A stretch of DNA of 58,846 nucleotides, taken from positions 1 through 58,846 of the forward strand of contig JBNRMU010000058.1 of the NCBI GenBank assembly GCA_050309765.1, written 5' to 3'. Made by a program: the position numbers and the translations under genes. Source of the DNA: Christensenellales bacterium (GTDB lineage: Bacteria; Bacillota; Clostridia; Christensenellales; UBA1750). Every line of letters begins with the position of its first letter. Within the stretch, counting starts at the first letter, position 1. Below, in pieces: positions 45,702 to 58,257 of this stretch. Under the pieces are notes generated by a model. The model did no database searches. It was not told the DNA's origin and was given only the letters and a program-made list of their open reading frames with translations.

Positions 45702-46835
45702 TTATACATCCTCGGGAAGGAAGCCGTCGTCCTCCTCCAGCTCCGCATCGGTTTCCGGCAAAACAGCCGGAACCGCATCGGCCTCCTGGTTGGGCACGGC
45801 AGTCAGCGCCTGGCGGATCTTCATCTCGATCTCATCGCAAATATCGGGATGGTCCTGCAGGTACTGGCGCGCGTTTTCGCGGCCCTGGCCGATCCTCTCG
45901 CCGTTGTAGGAGAAGAAGGCGCCGGACTTGTTGATGATGTCGTTGGCAACGCCCAGGTCCAGCACGGAGCCCTCGTGGGACACGCCCTTGCCGTACATCA
46001 GATCGAACTCGGCCACGCGGAAGGGCGGGGCCACCTTGTTCTTGACCACCTTGATGCGCACGCGGTTGCCGATGGCCTCGGTGCCCTTTTTGATCTGCTC
46101 GGTGCGGCGCACGTCCAGGCGCACCGTGGCGTAAAACTTAAGCGCTTTGCCGCCGGCCGTGGTCTCGGGGTTGCCGAAAAGCACGCCCACCTTTTCGCGC
46201 AGCTGGTTGATGAAGATGCAGATGGAGTTGGTCTTGTTGATGATCCCGGCCAGCTTGCGCAGGGCCTGGCTCATCAGCCTTGCCTGCAGGCCCACATGGG
46301 AATCGCCCATGTCGCCCTCGATCTCGGCCTTGGGCACCAGGGCGGCCACGGAGTCGATGACCACGATGTCCACCGCGCCGGAGCGCACCAGGGCCTCGCA
46401 GATCTCCAGCGCCTGCTCGCCGGTGTCCGGCTGGGAAACGTACAGCTCGTCGATGTCCACACCCAGGGCCTTGGCGTACACGGGGTCCAGGGCATGCTCG
46501 GCGTCGATAAAGGCGGCGGTGCCGCCCAGCTTCTGGGCCTGCGCCACCATGTGCAGGGCCATGGTCGTCTTACCGGAGGCCTCCGGCCCGTAGATCTCGA
46601 TGATGCGGCCCTTGGGGATGCCGCCCACACCCAACGCCATATCCAGCTCCAGGCAGCCGGAGGGGATCACCTGCACGTTCAGGGCGGTGTTTTGCCCCAG
46701 CTTCATGATGGAACCCTTGCCAAACTGCTTTTCGATGTTGGTCAACGCCAGGTCCAACGCCTTTTTCTTTTCCTCGACGTTGTCGGCTTCCTTGTTGTAG
46801 CGTACCGCCTTGGCGGCTGTCTCTCTCTTGGCCAT
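45702..46835 (-). CDS. recA: Recombinase RecA
   Basis: Start at ATG 46835 (GGTGGAGAAGG upstream). [22 protein letters not shown], Walker [10 protein letters not shown], and an acidic C-terminal tail. Confidence 0.96.
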   Translation of the reverse strand: MAKRETAAKAVRYNKEADNVEEKKKALDLALTNIEKQFGKGSIMKLGQNTALNVQVIPSGCLELDMALGVGGIPKGRIIEIYGPEASGKTTMALHMVAQAQKLGGTAAFIDAEHALDPVYAKALGVDIDELYVSQPDTGEQALEICEALVRSGAVDIVVIDSVAALVPKAEIEGDMGDSHVGLQARLMSQALRKLAGIINKTNSICIFINQLREKVGVLFGNPETTAGGKALKFYATVRLDVRRTEQIKKGTEAIGNRVRIKVVKNKVAPPFRVAEFDLMYGKGVSHEGSVLDLGVANDIINKSGAFFSYNGERIGQGRENARQYLQDHPDICDEIEMKIRQALTAVPNQEADAVPAVLPETDAELEEDDGFLPEDV

Positions 46836-46893
46836 CCGGTCCTTCTCCACCTTTCCTCTGGTCGTAAGATTGGAATAGTTATGCTTAACGTTT

Positions 46894-48129
46894 TTATACT
46901 TTGAGCAGCGCACGCCTGAGCAGGTCGAGCGCGTTTAACATGGACATGCGGCGGATGCGCATGCGGTCGCCGCCAAGGCGCAGCTCCTTTACCTGCACGC
47001 CATCCTGATCCGCCAGGGCCAGGTACACAAGGCCCACAGGCTTTTGCGCCGTGCCGCCGTCCGGCCCGGCGATGCCCGTCACCGCCACGGCATAGTCCGT
47101 GCCTGCGGCCGCCCTTTCGCCCAGGGCCATTTCGCGCGCGCACTCGGCGCTCACCGCGCCGTGGGCCTTGAGCGTTTCTTCCCTCACGCCCAGGCGGCGC
47201 ATCTTGGCCTCGTTGGAGTAGCAGACGATACCCTCCAGCAAAGCGGAGGAGATGCCGGGCAGGGCCACCAGCTCGCTGGCGATCATGCCGCCGGTGCAGG
47301 ACTCGGCAAGGGACAGCGTCTTATTCTTTTCGATCAGAAGCCTGCCCACGGTCTCGGGCAGCTTCTGGTCGCCCACGGCGTATAAGTATTCGCCCGCGAT
47401 GGCCAGGATCTTCTCCTGCACCGCGTCCAGCAGGGGCTCTGCTTCCTCGCCCTCCTTGACCTTTACGCTCAGGCGCAGGCTTACCTCGCCAAAGCCCGCG
47501 TATGGGGCAATGGTCACGCGGCCCTGTCCGTCTATGATCTCACGCAGGGCGTCGGCCAGGGCCGATTCGCCGATGCCGAAAAAGCGCAGCGTGCGCGAGA
47601 CGATCCTTTCGCCGGAAAGCGCATGCAGGTAGGGCACCAGGCAGTGATCCGTCATATACTCCAGCTCGTTGGGCGGGCCGGGCAGAACGCAGTAGCGTTT
47701 TTTTCCCTTTTGCACGGCAAAGCCGGGCGCCGTGCCGCGCTCGTTGAAAAAGACAAACGCCCCTTGCGGCAAACAGACCTGACGGTAATTGTTCTTTGTA
47801 ATGGTGCGGCCGTGCCCCTGCATCCATTTTTCCATGGCTGCGCGGCACTCGGCGTTTTCGATGAGATCAAGGCCCAAATGCTTGGCCAGTGTTTCCCTCG
47901 TGATGTCGTCCTCGGTCGGGCCCAGGCCGCCGGTCAAAACAATAACGTCGCTGCGCCCTTCGGCCAGGCGGATGGCGGAGAGCAGACGCTCCTCGTTATC
48001 GCCCACCACCTGCTGAAAGTAGCTGTCCACGCCCAGCTCCGCCAGGCGCACGGCGATGTATTTGGCGTCGGTGTTTACGATCTGCCCCATGAGCAGCTCC
48101 GTTCCCACGGAAATGATTTCGGCATTCAT
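46894..48129 (-). CDS. cinA: Competence/damage-inducible protein CinA (MoCF-type N-domain + PncC-like C-domain)
   Basis: [23 protein letters not shown]-terminus and a C-terminal CinA deamidase domain (ESCTGG). Lies upstream of recA. Confidence 0.9.
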   Translation of the reverse strand: MNAEIISVGTELLMGQIVNTDAKYIAVRLAELGVDSYFQQVVGDNEERLLSAIRLAEGRSDVIVLTGGLGPTEDDITRETLAKHLGLDLIENAECRAAMEKWMQGHGRTITKNNYRQVCLPQGAFVFFNERGTAPGFAVQKGKKRYCVLPGPPNELEYMTDHCLVPYLHALSGERIVSRTLRFFGIGESALADALREIIDGQGRVTIAPYAGFGEVSLRLSVKVKEGEEAEPLLDAVQEKILAIAGEYLYAVGDQKLPETVGRLLIEKNKTLSLAESCTGGMIASELVALPGISSALLEGIVCYSNEAKMRRLGVREETLKAHGAVSAECAREMALGERAAAGTDYAVAVTGIAGPDGGTAQKPVGLVYLALADQDGVQVKELRLGGDRMRIRRMSMLNALDLLRRALLKV

Positions 48130-48163
48130 AAACGGGCAGGACTCCTTTCGGACGGCAAAGGTT

Positions 48164-48706
48164 CTATTTCAGGGAAAGCAGGCGGCGGTTCTTTACGATG
48201 TATTCCGCGCCCGACCATACGGTGAACACCAGCGCGACATACACGCAGATGGTATCCATGGGGAAGGGGATCAGGCTGAAGGGATAATTGTACAGCAAAA
48301 GCAGCACCAGCGCGATCAGCTGCGTGGTCGTTTTGACCTTGGCCAGGGGGCTGGCGGCGATGACCACATTGCGCGAGGCCGCCACCAGGCGAAAGCCGGA
48401 GATGAGAAATTCGCGTGCAAGAAAAAGGATGCCCACCACGGCGGAAAGCCTTCTATCGCCCACCAGCAGCAAGATGGCCGCCATCACCAGCACCTTGTCG
48501 GCGATGGGGTCCATGAACTTGCCGAAGGTGGTCACCTCGTTGCGGCTGCGGGCAAGGTAGCCATCCAGCAGGTCCGTCAGCGAGGCCAGGGCAAACAGGA
48601 CCGCCGGCAGAAACCACAGCGTTCCCCTTGCGCACAGATAGTAGGCGGCGATGAATGCCGGGATCAGGCAGAGGCGCAAAATGGTGATCTTGTTGGCAAG
48701 CGTCAT
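48164..48706 (-). CDS. pgsA: CDP-diacylglycerol--glycerol-3-phosphate 3-phosphatidyltransferase
   Basis: CDP-alcohol phosphatidyltransferase motif DLLDGYLAR..G..DPIADK; 180 aa, polytopic. Confidence 0.92.
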   Translation of the reverse strand: MTLANKITILRLCLIPAFIAAYYLCARGTLWFLPAVLFALASLTDLLDGYLARSRNEVTTFGKFMDPIADKVLVMAAILLLVGDRRLSAVVGILFLAREFLISGFRLVAASRNVVIAASPLAKVKTTTQLIALVLLLLYNYPFSLIPFPMDTICVYVALVFTVWSGAEYIVKNRRLLSLK

Positions 48707-50022
48707 GGCTCTTGGGGCACTCCCATCATATCATAGTCCAGCGCCTTTGTCAGGCGCACGGGCAGTATCTGGCCGATCGCAAGGTTTTCGGCCAGCTCGA
48801 TGTAGATGCGGCCGTCCGTTTCCGGCGCTTCCCACTGGGAGCGGCCGATGTACAGGCCCATTTCTTCCTCTTCAACAAGCACATCCACCACGCTGCCAAC
48901 GCGCGAAAGGTTGAACGCGCGCGAGATGGGCCGCTGCTGGCGCATGATGCGGTTCGCGCGGCCGCGGCGGTTGCGCAGGGGCACCTGGTCCTTTCTCGCG
49001 GCGGCGGGAGTGCCCTCCTCGCGGGAATAGGCGAAGGCGCCCAGGCGGTCGAAGGGATGGGTTTTGAGGTAGTCCAGCAGATAGCGGAACTCCTCCTCCG
49101 TCTCGCTGGGGAAGCCGGCGATCATGGTGGTGCGCAGGGCAAAGCCGCCCAGATCGCGGATGCGGTGGTAAAGATGGTCGATCAGGGCATGGTCGCCGCG
49201 GCGGTTCATTTCCTTAAGCAGCCGGTCGTGCACATGCTGCAGGGGGATGTCGATATAGGCGCAGATCTTGGGATCGTCGTGCATCAGCTGCAAAAGCTCG
49301 TCCGTGGTGTTGTCCGGATAGCAGTACAAAACGCGCAGCCAGGTGGTGGACGGCAATGCGGAAAGCCTTTTGAGCAGCTCCACCAGCATGGGTCTGCCGT
49401 AAATGTCCTCGCCGTAGCGCGTGGTATCCTGCGCCACCAGGTCGATCTCCTTGACCCCGGCGCGACAGAGCTCGTCCACCTCGCGCACGATGTCCTCCAT
49501 TTTGCGGGAGATGAGCGGCCCGCGGATGTAGGGGATGGCGCAGTAGGCGCAGCGGTTGGAGCAGCCGTCGGCAATCTTGACATAGGCGTACTGCGCCGGC
49601 GTGGTGAGCAGCCGCGGCGTTTGTTCCGGATAGCAGTAGGGCAGGTCGGTTTCAAGAATGCGCTTGCCGGACAGCACCTGTTCGATGATCTGGTCGATCT
49701 TCTCGATCTCGCCGATGCCCAGCACCGCGTCGGCCTCCGGCATATCCTCGATCAACTCTTTGCCGTACCTTTGCGAAAGGCAGCCGGTGACGATCAGCGC
49801 CCGGCAGGCGTCCTTTTTGTGCTCGGCCATCTCGAAGATGGCGTCGATGGACTCCTGCTTGGCCTCCTCAATGAAGCCGCAGGTGTTGACAAGGATCACC
49901 TCGGCCCTGGCCGGATCGGACACGATGGGATAGCCCTTTTCCTTCAGCCTTCCCAGCATCAGCTCCCCATCCACGCGATTCTTTGCGCAACCAAGGCTGA
50001 CCATTCCCACAGACGGCAGCAA
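48703..50022 (-). CDS. rimO: Ribosomal protein S12 methylthiotransferase RimO
   Basis: VSLGCAKN UPF0004 N-domain, radical-SAM CSNRCAYC, and a C-terminal TRAM domain. Likely TTG start at 50022 (GGGGGA 7 nt upstream); an alternative ATG lies at 50004. Confidence 0.9.
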   Translation of the reverse strand: MLPSVGMVSLGCAKNRVDGELMLGRLKEKGYPIVSDPARAEVILVNTCGFIEEAKQESIDAIFEMAEHKKDACRALIVTGCLSQRYGKELIEDMPEADAVLGIGEIEKIDQIIEQVLSGKRILETDLPYCYPEQTPRLLTTPAQYAYVKIADGCSNRCAYCAIPYIRGPLISRKMEDIVREVDELCRAGVKEIDLVAQDTTRYGEDIYGRPMLVELLKRLSALPSTTWLRVLYCYPDNTTDELLQLMHDDPKICAYIDIPLQHVHDRLLKEMNRRGDHALIDHLYHRIRDLGGFALRTTMIAGFPSETEEEFRYLLDYLKTHPFDRLGAFAYSREEGTPAAARKDQVPLRNRRGRANRIMRQQRPISRAFNLSRVGSVVDVLVEEEEMGLYIGRSQWEAPETDGRIYIELAENLAIGQILPVRLTKALDYDMMGVPQEP

Positions 50023-50065
50023 ATCGTTTTTCCCCCTTATGGTCTTGCTTTATGTATGTATCGTT

Positions 50066-52834
50066 TTAGGATGATTTTCTTCCGAATACGCGCTCATATT
50101 CCTCGCGGTTGATGAGCACCTGGCGGGGCTTGGAGCCCTCAAAGCCGGAGATGAGCTTGCGTTTTTCCATCTCGTCCAGCAGCCTTCCCGCGCGCGCGTA
50201 ACCAACGCGGAAGCGCCTTTGCAGCATGGAGGCCGATATCTGGCCCGAATCCACGGCCAGCTCCACGGCCTGGGCCAACAGCTCGTCGCCTTCCTCGTCG
50301 CTCTCGGTCTCGGTTTTTTCCTCCTCGCCCTTTTCCATGGCCTCGAGGAAGCCTTCGTCGTACTTGGCCTCGGAACGCTGGCGCATATACTCCACCAGCT
50401 CGTTGACCTCTTTATCGGAGATGAAGGCGCCCTGCACGCGCAGCTTCTTGTTGGCGCCGCTGGGATCGAACAGCATGTCGCCGCGGCCGAGCAGCTTTTC
50501 CGCGCCCGCCATGTCAAGGATCGTGCGGCTGTCCACCTGGGAGGCCACGGCAAAGGCGATGCGCGAGGGGATGTTGGCCTTGATCACGCCGGTGATCACG
50601 TTGACCGAGGGGCGCTGCGTGGCGATGACCAGATGGATGCCCGCAGCTCTGGCCAGCTGGGCCAGGCGGCAGATGCGCTCCTCCACGTCGCCGGGAGCCA
50701 CCATCATAAGGTCCGCCAATTCGTCGATGATGACGACGATCTGCGGCAGGGGCTTTTCGCCCCGCTCGGTCAGGTAAGCGTTGTAACCCTTGAGATCGCG
50801 GCAGCCGGACTTGGCGAAGGCACGGTACCTTTCATCCATCTCGTGCACGGCCCAACCCAGCGCGCCGGCCGCCTTCTTGGGGTCGGTCACCACGGGGATG
50901 AGCAGGTGGGGAATGCCGTTGTATACGGAAAGCTCCACCACCTTGGGGTCGATCAGGATCAGCTTGACCTCCTCGGGCGTGGCTTTGTACAAAATGGAGG
51001 CGATCAGCGAGTTGATGCACACGCTCTTGCCCGAACCGGTGGCGCCGGCGATCAAAAGGTGCGGCATGCGGGCAAGATCGGCCACCATGGGGTCGCCGGC
51101 GATGTCCTTGCCAAGGGCCACGGCCAGCTTGGAGGGGTGCTCGCGGAACTTGTCGCTCTCCAGCACCTCGCGCAGGGGCACGGTGTCTATGGTCTGGTTG
51201 GCGATCTCGATGCCCACCGCGGCCTTGCCGGGGATGGGCGCCTCGATGCGCACGCCGATGGCCGCCATGTTCAGGGCGATGTCATCGGCAAGGCCCGTGA
51301 TGCGGCTGACCTTGACGCCGCGGGCGGGCTGCAGCTCATACCTGGTGATGGCGGGGCCGCGACTGACGTGCAGCACGCGGGCCTCGATGCCAAAGGAGCT
51401 GAGCGTCTCCTCCAGGCGCAGCACGTTTTCGCGCTGCATCTCTTCTTCCCGATCCGCGTCCGTCTTCTGCTTAACGGGCAGGGACAAAATGTCCATCGGC
51501 GGGAAGTGATACGGCTCCACCAGGGCCTGGGGATCGATGGCCGGCTCGGACTCGCGGCCAAAGAGATATTCCACCTCCTGTTTGGGGATGGCGGTGATGG
51601 TCACGGGCTCGTCGTCAAAGCCGCCGACCTCGTCCTCCTCGTCGTCAAAATCGGCAACGGAGGGGTTCTTGGGGCCATCCTCCTCGGGGCTTTCCTCGCG
51701 CACGGAAACCGGCACCTGCCGGATCGGCCGCACGGGAATCGCGGGTTCCTCGGGTTCCGGCAGCGCTTGCGCCGTGTTCTCTTCGGAAACGGGCGCCGCA
51801 GGCGCGGGCTTTGTTTCGTATTCGTCGGCAAAATCCGCTTCCGGCGCAGCTGCGGCGGGCGTGCTCTCCTGCGGAAGAGTCTGCCGGGCGGAAGCCCTTT
51901 TTAAGGCAAGCTCGGGCGGGAACAGCGGCGGCCTGGCGTCGTCCCTTGCGGACAGGCCGTCCTTTTCGCCGGCCCTGCGCGGGCGCAGGGGGGTGAAGGC
52001 CGCCTCCCGGGCCGGCTGGTCGGCGCTGCGCTCGAGCACCTCGTTGCGGAAGGAGTCGGTCTGCGCCTTTGCATCGTCGGTCTTTGTGGGTGTATCCTCC
52101 AGGAAAGCGTTTCGGTATTCCTGCAGGCTGCGGCGCTGCTCCTCCAGGCGCTGCTCGCGCTCGGCGGCGCGCTGCAGCTTATCGTCTCTGCGGCGCTGCT
52201 GGTATTCCTCGCGGTAGGCGCGCACGTTGTTGGCTGCGCGCACGGTGGACTCGGCCACGGACTGGCTCATCTTCTGGCCCATGCTCGTCAGCGACAGATG
52301 GCTGAGCGTGGCGATGCAGCCGATCATGCCCAGCACCGACAGTATATAGCCGCCGGCGCTGCCGATCAGCAGGCGCACAGGGTAGCAGATCGCGCCGCCC
52401 AGAAGGCCCGTACCGAGGCCGAGCTCCCTGCCAAGGGCATAGGAGGTGGTAAGGTACGCGCCGTAGCTCGCGTCGCGGGCCGCCTGCGCGGCCCTTTCGT
52501 GCCAGAACAGGTGCAAAAACAGGGCCAGGAACAGGAACAGCGCCACGGTCAGCAGCACCTTGCCCGCGCCGATCTTACGCTTAAAGGCGATGAGCGTAAG
52601 CCAGCCGGCGGCCAGCAGCACCAGGGGCATGATCCAGGCAAACAGCCCGAACATACCCTGCAAAAAGGCGCGCACGGCCGCGCCCACCACGCCGGTGAGC
52701 GTGGTGAACATGGAAAGCGCCGCAAAAATGCCAAGGCCGATCAGCATAAGACCGGCGATGTCGCAGGGCAGCCTGCGCTGCTGCTTTTTGCGGGTCGATT
52801 GTTTTTTGCTTGTGTTTTTCGCTTTGGATGCCAC
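50066..52834 (-). CDS. ftsK: DNA translocase FtsK/SpoIIIE
   Basis: 4-5 N-terminal TM helices, a long charged Pro-rich linker, a motor domain with Walker [10 protein letters not shown], and a C-terminal gamma winged-helix. Confidence 0.93.
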   Translation of the reverse strand: MASKAKNTSKKQSTRKKQQRRLPCDIAGLMLIGLGIFAALSMFTTLTGVVGAAVRAFLQGMFGLFAWIMPLVLLAAGWLTLIAFKRKIGAGKVLLTVALFLFLALFLHLFWHERAAQAARDASYGAYLTTSYALGRELGLGTGLLGGAICYPVRLLIGSAGGYILSVLGMIGCIATLSHLSLTSMGQKMSQSVAESTVRAANNVRAYREEYQQRRRDDKLQRAAEREQRLEEQRRSLQEYRNAFLEDTPTKTDDAKAQTDSFRNEVLERSADQPAREAAFTPLRPRRAGEKDGLSARDDARPPLFPPELALKRASARQTLPQESTPAAAAPEADFADEYETKPAPAAPVSEENTAQALPEPEEPAIPVRPIRQVPVSVREESPEEDGPKNPSVADFDDEEDEVGGFDDEPVTITAIPKQEVEYLFGRESEPAIDPQALVEPYHFPPMDILSLPVKQKTDADREEEMQRENVLRLEETLSSFGIEARVLHVSRGPAITRYELQPARGVKVSRITGLADDIALNMAAIGVRIEAPIPGKAAVGIEIANQTIDTVPLREVLESDKFREHPSKLAVALGKDIAGDPMVADLARMPHLLIAGATGSGKSVCINSLIASILYKATPEEVKLILIDPKVVELSVYNGIPHLLIPVVTDPKKAAGALGWAVHEMDERYRAFAKSGCRDLKGYNAYLTERGEKPLPQIVVIIDELADLMMVAPGDVEERICRLAQLARAAGIHLVIATQRPSVNVITGVIKANIPSRIAFAVASQVDSRTILDMAGAEKLLGRGDMLFDPSGANKKLRVQGAFISDKEVNELVEYMRQRSEAKYDEGFLEAMEKGEEEKTETESDEEGDELLAQAVELAVDSGQISASMLQRRFRVGYARAGRLLDEMEKRKLISGFEGSKPRQVLINREEYERVFGRKSS

Positions 52835-52850
52835 GAAACTTATTAACTCC

Positions 52851-53393
52851 TTATATTTCCTGCGCCGCTTCCTTTTCCAGGGAGGAAAAATCCTCCACCG
52901 GCGGCAGCTGGGAAAGGTCGCTCAGGCCGAAATGCCGCAAAAACTCCTCCGTTGTGCCGTAGAGGATGGGCCGGCCGATGGTCTCCTTGCGGCCGAGCTC
53001 ACAGATGAGCCCGTGCCCGAGCAGGGTAACGATGGCCCTGTCGCACTGCACCCCGCGCAGGGTCTCGATCTCCATGCGCGTCACCGGCTGGCGGTAGGCC
53101 ACCACGCACAGCGTTTCCAGCGCGGCCTGGGTCAACGTCTGGCGCCGTACGGGCGCAAGCGTCTTTTCCACCAGCTCGCGGTAGGCGGGCTTGGTGCACA
53201 GCTGGAGCTTATCCTCCAGCCGGATGAGGGCAAGCCCGCTGCTCGCGGAGGCATATTTTTCGTAAAGCATGAGCTCCAGCTCGCGCATTTCTAGCGGCGT
53301 CAGATCCAGCGCCTGGGCAAGCGCGTCCATGGAAACGGCGTCGCCGCTGGCAAAGAGCACCGCCTCGGCGGCGGCCAGCAGGTCAGGCTGCAT
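52851..53393 (-). CDS. scpB: Segregation and condensation protein B
   Basis: Start at ATG 53393 (GGGGAGG upstream; overlaps the scpA end by 11 nt). [11 protein letters not shown] and a tandem winged-helix pattern. Confidence 0.88.
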   Translation of the reverse strand: MQPDLLAAAEAVLFASGDAVSMDALAQALDLTPLEMRELELMLYEKYASASSGLALIRLEDKLQLCTKPAYRELVEKTLAPVRRQTLTQAALETLCVVAYRQPVTRMEIETLRGVQCDRAIVTLLGHGLICELGRKETIGRPILYGTTEEFLRHFGLSDLSQLPPVEDFSSLEKEAAQEI

Positions 53394-54108
53394 TTGTGGT
53401 GCCTCCCCTGTACAAAAGGATGGGTCCGTACAGCTCGCGCTGCACCAGGCGGATGCGCCCGTTTTTAAGCAGCTCCAGCATGGCGATAAAGGTAGATACC
53501 AGGTGCTCGCGGTCCGGCGCGCCGTCGAACAGGGCCTCAAAGCGCACCTCGGACAGCCTGTCCACCAGGGACAATATCTCCGCGGTGCAGCGGGCGATGG
53601 ACCACTGCTCGCGGCGGATGCGGCGCACGGGCACGTCTATCTGCACGTCCGTAGGCCGCTGCAAAAGCCGCAAAAACGCCTCCTGCAAGGCGGAAAGCGA
53701 GATCTGCGAAAGCTCGAAGCGCTGCTTTGTTACCATTTCCTCCGGCAGGCGGTAGAGCCTGTCCAGCGCCTCTTTTTCCAAGGGGCGCAGCTTTTCGCCC
53801 GCCTCCTTTAAGCGCTTGTATTCCTCCAGGCGGCGCAGCAGAGCCTCCTCCGGGTCCTCCTCGCCCTCCTCCAGGCGCGGGGGCTTGGGCAGCAGCGCGC
53901 GCGACTTGATCTCGAGCAGGGTCGCCGCCATCTGCAAAAACTCGCTGGCGGTTTCCATGTCCAGCGCGCTCAGATCGCGGATGGACTGCATATACTGCTC
54001 GGTGATCTCGGAAACGAAAATATCGCGTATGTCGATCTTCGCCCGGGAAATCAGGTGCAAAAGAAGGTCCAAGGGACCCTGGAACTGCGTCAATTGCACT
54101 TGAAGCAT
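53383..54108 (-). CDS. scpA: Segregation and condensation protein A
   Basis: Start at ATG 54108. QLTQFQGPLDLLLHLI is the canonical ScpA N-terminus. Confidence 0.88.
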   Translation of the reverse strand: MLQVQLTQFQGPLDLLLHLISRAKIDIRDIFVSEITEQYMQSIRDLSALDMETASEFLQMAATLLEIKSRALLPKPPRLEEGEEDPEEALLRRLEEYKRLKEAGEKLRPLEKEALDRLYRLPEEMVTKQRFELSQISLSALQEAFLRLLQRPTDVQIDVPVRRIRREQWSIARCTAEILSLVDRLSEVRFEALFDGAPDREHLVSTFIAMLELLKNGRIRLVQRELYGPILLYRGGTTNAA

Positions 54109-54328
54109 CCCGCTGAAGACCTCCTTGCCAATAAGCCTCGCGCATTTGGGCATAAGCCCGCACGGTATCATCTTATTATAACGATTCAGCCCCTATTTGT
54201 CAAAGCGCGCATGCCGCCCGGCACGGCAAAACGGGGCTTATTTCGCCCTTATGCGCTTCTTCTTGGCCAAATGGCCAAAGCGTGCTACAATCAGGTTCAG
54301 GCCCACACATACGAAGGAGGCGATCCAA

Positions 54329-55000
54329 ATGGACAAACGGCTGTTTTGGCAGGCGATGGGCAAGTTCTTTGGCGGGTTTTTTCTCGTGGCGCTGCTGCTC
54401 TTTCTTCCCGCGGGCACACTGCGCTATCCCCATGCCTGGCTGCTGCTTGCGCTGCTGTTCGTGCCCATGTTCTGCGCCGGCCTCGTGATGCTGCGGCGCA
54501 ATCCGGCCCTTTTGCGCGCACGCCTGAACGCAAAAGAGCAGGAAATAGAGCAAAAACGGGTCGTTTTGCTCAGCGGGCTTTTATTCATCTGCGCCTTTGT
54601 CCTGGCCGGGCTCAATTTCCGCTTCCGCTGGCTGCTGCTGCCGGACTGGGCGGTGTGGGTGGCCGCGGCCGTGTTTCTGATCGCGTATGCTCTGTATGCC
54701 GAGGTTTTGCGCGAAAACACTTACCTTTCCCGCACCATCGGGGTGCAGGAAGGCCAGAAGGTCGTCGATACGGGGCTGTACGGCGTCGTCCGCCACCCGA
54801 TGTACTTTGCCACCGTGCTGCTTTTTCTTGCCATGCCGCTGGTGCTTTCATCGCCCCTTTCCTTTGCCGTGCTGCTGCTTTATCTTCCCTTGATCGTAAA
54901 ACGCATCAAAAACGAAGAAAAGGTGCTGGAAAAGGGCCTGCCCGGCTATGCGGCCTACAAGCAAAAGGTCAAACACAGGCTGCTCCCCTTCCTCTGGTAG
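54329..55000 (+). CDS. Isoprenylcysteine carboxyl methyltransferase (ICMT)/phospholipid methyltransferase family membrane protein
   Basis: Start at ATG 54329 (GAAGGAGG upstream). Polytopic, with GLYGVVRHPMYF signature. Confidence 0.8.
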   Translation: MDKRLFWQAMGKFFGGFFLVALLLFLPAGTLRYPHAWLLLALLFVPMFCAGLVMLRRNPALLRARLNAKEQEIEQKRVVLLSGLLFICAFVLAGLNFRFRWLLLPDWAVWVAAAVFLIAYALYAEVLRENTYLSRTIGVQEGQKVVDTGLYGVVRHPMYFATVLLFLAMPLVLSSPLSFAVLLLYLPLIVKRIKNEEKVLEKGLPGYAAYKQKVKHRLLPFLW

Positions 55001-55024
55001 GGCGGGCATCCGCAACCGCATACA

Positions 55025-55059
55025 AAAAGCGTTTCCGATCATTTCACGGAAACGCTTTT
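55025..55059. terminator. Bidirectional intrinsic terminator
   Basis: AAAAGCGTTTCCG..loop..CGGAAACGCTTTT stem between convergent genes. Confidence 0.6.
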
Positions 55060-55098
55060 GCTTTTCACCTAAAATTCCTGTGCCGCCGCTTTGGATGC

Positions 55099-55791
55099 TT
55101 ACTTTTGCCCGTAGTAGGCGTTTGGCCCGTGCTTGCGCAGAAAGTGCTTGTCCATCAGGGCCTGGCCGGCGCCCGGGGCATCCGGGTTGATCTGCAGGGT
55201 GAGGCAGGCCATGCGGGCCACCTCTTCCAGGATCACGGCGTTTTCCACGGCGCTTTCGGCGTCCCTGCCCCAGGCAAAGGGGCCATGGGCGCGCACCAGC
55301 ACGCCGGGGGTGTGCATGGGGTCGCGGCCGGAGAAGGTCTCCGCGATCACGTTGCCGGTTTCCTTCTCGTACTCGCCCTGTATCTCCTCTTCGGTCAGGG
55401 CGCGGGTGCAGGGGATGCTGCCGTAAAAGCTGTCGGCGTGGGTCGTGCCGAAGCAGGGCAGGTCCTTTGCCGCCTGCGCCCAGGCGGTGGCATAGGTGGA
55501 ATGGGTGTGCACCACGCCGCCGATGTCCGGATAGCGCCGATACAGCACCAGATGGGTGGGCGTGTCCGAGGACGGGCGCAGGCTCCCCTCCAGCACGCGG
55601 CCTTCTATGTCCAGCACCACCATATCGTCGGCGGTCATCGTGTCGTAGGACACGCCGCTGGGCTTGATGGCGATCTCGCCGCTGTCCTTGTCGCGCATGG
55701 ATACGTTGCCCCAGGTGAGGATCACAAGGCCGTGCTTTTTCAGGGCCAGGTTGGCCTCAAATACGCGCTGCTTTAATTCCTGCCTGGTCAT
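55099..55791 (-). CDS. araD: L-ribulose-5-phosphate 4-epimerase (class II aldolase fold)
   Basis: Collinear along its full length with E. coli AraD as I remember it ([47 protein letters not shown]-type C-terminus). Confidence 0.9.
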   Translation of the reverse strand: MTRQELKQRVFEANLALKKHGLVILTWGNVSMRDKDSGEIAIKPSGVSYDTMTADDMVVLDIEGRVLEGSLRPSSDTPTHLVLYRRYPDIGGVVHTHSTYATAWAQAAKDLPCFGTTHADSFYGSIPCTRALTEEEIQGEYEKETGNVIAETFSGRDPMHTPGVLVRAHGPFAWGRDAESAVENAVILEEVARMACLTLQINPDAPGAGQALMDKHFLRKHGPNAYYGQK

Positions 55792-55792
55792 T

Positions 55793-56347
55793 TCACTTTG
55801 CCGCGCGCTGCTTCTGCACGCACTCGATGCCCTTTTCGATGGCCTGACGGTTCACGGGCAGAAGGTGCGCTCTGCGCTCGCCGAAGGATTTCTTCAGGCT
55901 TTCCATGGCGGCGTCCACGCTCACCGCGCCGGACACGCCGATGTAGGCGCCCAGCATGACCATGTTGGCCGTGCGGGAGTTGCCCACCTCCTGGGCGATC
56001 TCGTTGGCGGGAACGTAAAACACCTCGATATCGTCGCGCTCGGCCTTGCGGTCGATCAAGGACTCGTTGATCAGCAGCGCGCCGCCGGGCATCACCGCGG
56101 ATTCGAACTTATCCAAAGAGGGGCGGTTGAGCGCCATCACGCAGGTGGCCTCGTTGACGAGGGGGCTGCAGATGGGCTCGTCCGCGATGATCACGTGGCA
56201 GTTGGAGGTGCCGCCGCGCATCTCGGCGCCGTAGGAGGGCAAAAAGGAGACTTCTTTTCCTTCCTCCATGCCGGCCTTGACCAGCGTCTGGCCGATCAGC
56301 TGCACGCCCTGGCCGCCAAAGCCCGCGATAATCAACATTTCTTCCAT
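55793..56347 (-). CDS. 2-oxoacid:ferredoxin oxidoreductase, gamma subunit
   Basis: [10 protein letters not shown]-terminus typical of OFOR gamma; 184 aa. Confidence 0.88.
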   Translation of the reverse strand: MEEMLIIAGFGGQGVQLIGQTLVKAGMEEGKEVSFLPSYGAEMRGGTSNCHVIIADEPICSPLVNEATCVMALNRPSLDKFESAVMPGGALLINESLIDRKAERDDIEVFYVPANEIAQEVGNSRTANMVMLGAYIGVSGAVSVDAAMESLKKSFGERRAHLLPVNRQAIEKGIECVQKQRAAK

Positions 56348-56409
56348 TTATTCACACACTCCTTATTTCCTTGAAAAGGGCGGTCCCGCTAAAACTTATC
56401 TCCTGTGCG

Positions 56410-57147
<738 letters not shown>

Positions 57148-57148
57148 A

Positions 57149-58213
57149 TTACATGCCCTCCTTGATCTGAGAAAGTTTGCCGAGGATGTCCTTGACCGTG
57201 GGCACCACGCCGCCGGTGCGGCCGTAGAAGGAAACGGGCTTTGCGCCCTGCACGGCCAATCGCACGTCGTCCACCATCTGGCCGGTGGACATCTCAACGC
57301 TCAAAACGTGCTTGACGGACGGCTGTTCCGCCACCTTTTTCAGCGCCTCATACGGATAGGGCCACAGGGTGATGGGGCGCACCAGGCCAACGTTTAAGCC
57401 CAGCAGCTTCTTGGCGTCGCGGGCGGCGCGCTGGCAGATGCGGGCCATGGTGCCGTAGGCGACCAGGACGATGTCCGCGTTTTCGGTGTCGATCAGCTGC
57501 ACGCGCACCTCATTCTTGGTGATCTCCTGGTACTTTGCGTCCAGCTTGTTGTTGTGCACCTCGCACTCGTCGGGGTTGATGTACAGGGAGTTGATAATGG
57601 AGCGGCCTTGCTTTTCCGGCACGCCGGAGGCCCAGGGCTTTTTGGGCAGGGGCTCGGTGCGCTCCTCGATCATTTCCACGGGCTCCATGATCTGGCCCAG
57701 CATGCCGTCGCCCAGCAGCATCACGGGGTTGCGGTACTTGTCCGCCACGTCAAAGGCCACGGCCATCAGCTCCACGGCCTCCTGCACGGAGGAGGGAGCG
57801 AAAACGGGCAGGCGGTAGTCGCCGTGTCCGCCGCCGCGGGTGGCCTGGAAATAGTCGCTCTGCGCCGGCTGGATGGAACCCAGGCCGGGGCCGCCGCGCA
57901 CCATGTTCACAACGACCAGGGGCAGCTCCGCGCCCACGGCGTAGCTGATGCCCTCCTGCTTTAAGCTGATGCCGGGGCTGGAGGAAGAGGTCATGGCCCG
58001 GGCGCCGGCGCCGGCCGCGCCGTATACCATGTTGATGGCGGAAACTTCGCTTTCCGCCTGCAGGAAGCAGCCGCCCACCTGGGGCATGCGCTTGGACATA
58101 TATTCGGGAATCTGGTTCTGGGGCGTGATGGGATAACCGAAGAAAAAGCGGCAGCCGGACTTAATGGCGGCCTCGGCAATGGCTTCGTTTCCCTTCATCA
58201 ATACTTTTGCCAT
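57149..58213 (-). CDS. 2-oxoacid:ferredoxin oxidoreductase, alpha subunit
   Basis: MKGNEAIAEAAIKSGCRFFFGYPITPQ N-terminus typical of KorA/VorB-type alpha subunits. Confidence 0.9.
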   Translation of the reverse strand: MAKVLMKGNEAIAEAAIKSGCRFFFGYPITPQNQIPEYMSKRMPQVGGCFLQAESEVSAINMVYGAAGAGARAMTSSSSPGISLKQEGISYAVGAELPLVVVNMVRGGPGLGSIQPAQSDYFQATRGGGHGDYRLPVFAPSSVQEAVELMAVAFDVADKYRNPVMLLGDGMLGQIMEPVEMIEERTEPLPKKPWASGVPEKQGRSIINSLYINPDECEVHNNKLDAKYQEITKNEVRVQLIDTENADIVLVAYGTMARICQRAARDAKKLLGLNVGLVRPITLWPYPYEALKKVAEQPSVKHVLSVEMSTGQMVDDVRLAVQGAKPVSFYGRTGGVVPTVKDILGKLSQIKEGM

Positions 58214-58257
58214 GGCGATTGCGTCACCCTCCTATTCTAAAACGATTGCTTTTACGC

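Noticed and set aside
45702-46835. About 20-aa N-terminal extension of RecA relative to model RecA proteins ([25 protein letters not shown] before the conserved ALDLAL).
   Set aside because: No internal start codon is available before the conserved core, and the extension is charged and unstructured. It is probably a lineage-specific tail, not an annotation problem or a fusion.
46836-46893. Looked for a LexA (Cheo) box GAAC-N4-GTTC upstream of recA.
   Set aside because: None is present in the cinA-recA gap or just inside the cinA 3' end. recA is probably read through from the rimO-pgsA-cinA transcript or regulated differently.
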